A DNA stretch of 63,622 nt, the filler included, from Octopus bimaculoides (lineage: Eukaryota), in NCBI RefSeq assembly GCF_001194135.2. It is 4 parts of 4 records of this genome, joined end to end, with 100 filler letters (N's around TTAATTAATTAA, not from the genome) between each part and the next. Parts side by side here need not be neighbours in the genome. Positions count along the whole stretch, not along the records: positions 59,001 to 63,622 come from NC_068993.1; 3 more parts are not named here. One strand, written 5' to 3'. Below the pieces are notes generated by a model. That model was not told where the DNA came from. It saw only the letters and a program-made list of their open reading frames with translations, and did no database searches. Position numbers and translations under genes: made by a program. How positions within the stretch are numbered: position 1 is the first letter of the stretch; the number at the start of each line of letters is the position of its first letter. This document shows positions 62,723 to 63,622 of the stretch, in pieces.

Positions 62723-63396
62723 CCAATATGCTGAAAAATAGATCGTATAACCACATACAATATCTTCACTATGGACACACACCGTGTTGAAACGAGGAAA
62801 CCAAGCTAACAGAAATTCTAAAAATTCGGTATTCCCGAATCGGACCGATTTCTGGATTCGTCTTCTTCAGCGAGAAACACAATTAGAATAAATGGAACAC
62901 TTACATATAATCATGGAAAAAGCAGATGCAAAGTCATGCGTACATTTAAGTACCCCAAATATATCGAAACAGAAATTCTGTAGCAAGCCTCAGCACACGT
63001 AAAGTGGTTACCGGTCACCATAAAAGGTTATTCTAATATGCTAGCCACTGATAAAATTTGTTTAGAAAACTTAGAAGTAAATTTATTACCATTCACTTCG
63101 GGACTGGTAACCACTTTACGTGAGTTTTCCAGACTGTCTACACGTATACTGAGGCTTGCTACAGAATTTCTGTTTAGATATATTTGGAGTACTTATTCTC
63201 CGTGGGTATATGTAAGTGCTCCATTTATTCTAATCGTGTTTCTCGTTCAGGAAGGAAGAATCCTTGTGGATTAATCCAGAAATCGGTTCGATTCGGGTTT
63301 AACGTATTTTTACAGTTTCTGCTAGCAGATGTGTATTTATAGCGAAGAATATTGTATGCGGATAGACGATCTAAGATCTATTTTTCAGCATATTGG
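62723..63396. repeat. ~290-bp diverged inverted repeat pair with hammerhead-like motifs
   Basis: ccaatatgctgaaaaatagatc (62723-62744) vs gatctatttttcagcatattgg (63375-63396); cacgtaaagtggttacc (62996-63012) vs ggtaaccactttacgtg (63106-63122); spacer ~85 nt. Confidence 0.85.
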
Positions 63397-63420
63397 CATA
63401 GAAAACGTTTTGTTTTTTTT

Positions 63421-63622
63421 TGCCCTTGAAATCCGGCTTTGTGCAGCTCCCGGCGAACAATTTTTGTGGAAACTGTGTTCTCGAGGTGGTCATTAAGCTC
63501 TGCAGTAATTTGGGGAGCTGTACTTTTCTGATCCTTTCTAACAATTCGCGTAAGAGTCCGACGGTCCCTATCCTAAAGATTTGGTTTTCTTCCGGAGTTT
63601 TGTTTCGACGAGGAGGTTTTTT
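63421..63622 (-). mobile_element. Tc1-like transposase fragment (continues beyond the window)
   Basis: KTSSSKQNSGRKPNL, then after a frameshift DRRTLTRIVRKDQKSTAPQITAELNDHLENTVSTKIVRRELHKAGFQG (Tc1/Tc3 HTH). Confidence 0.85.

Noticed and set aside
1-63622. CRISPR arrays, rRNA, prokaryotic operons
   Set aside because: None seen; repeats lack constant-length unique spacers, and the window is intron-containing eukaryotic DNA.

Overview
AT-rich, gap-riddled eukaryotic genomic DNA. The dense (TA)n/(CA)n/(TATG)n/(TAA)n microsatellites and the recurring tRNA-headed SINE families suggest an octopus/coleoid cephalopod genome (inference). Almost all supplied ORFs are microsatellite or N-gap artefacts. 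Real gene content: (1) six consecutive coding exons of PDCD6IP/ALIX (BRO1 domain) on the minus strand (46980 to 37718). They have canonical AG/GT ends and compatible phases, and splice into 211 uninterrupted codons. The first coding exon and the exons after 37718 were not found. (2) An intronless ICT1/MRPL58 (GGQ peptidyl-tRNA hydrolase) copy at 61846-62483 with a frameshift and an in-frame stop, probably a processed pseudogene. The rest is transposon debris: hAT (Charlie/SPIN-like), mariner, Tc1, R4/Dong-like, RTE, L1/Tx1-like, Penelope-like, Helitron-type, several MITEs and at least five SINE families. Three fixed 100-bp spacers (44 N + TTAATTAATTAA + 44 N) look like scaffold joins. Most interesting observations: type I hammerhead-ribozyme-like motifs in several repeat families, including one inside a tRNA-headed SINE-like element, and a GC-rich foldback MITE carrying telomere-type repeats. 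SINE family letters A-E are local labels; protein family calls come from recalled motifs, not database searches.
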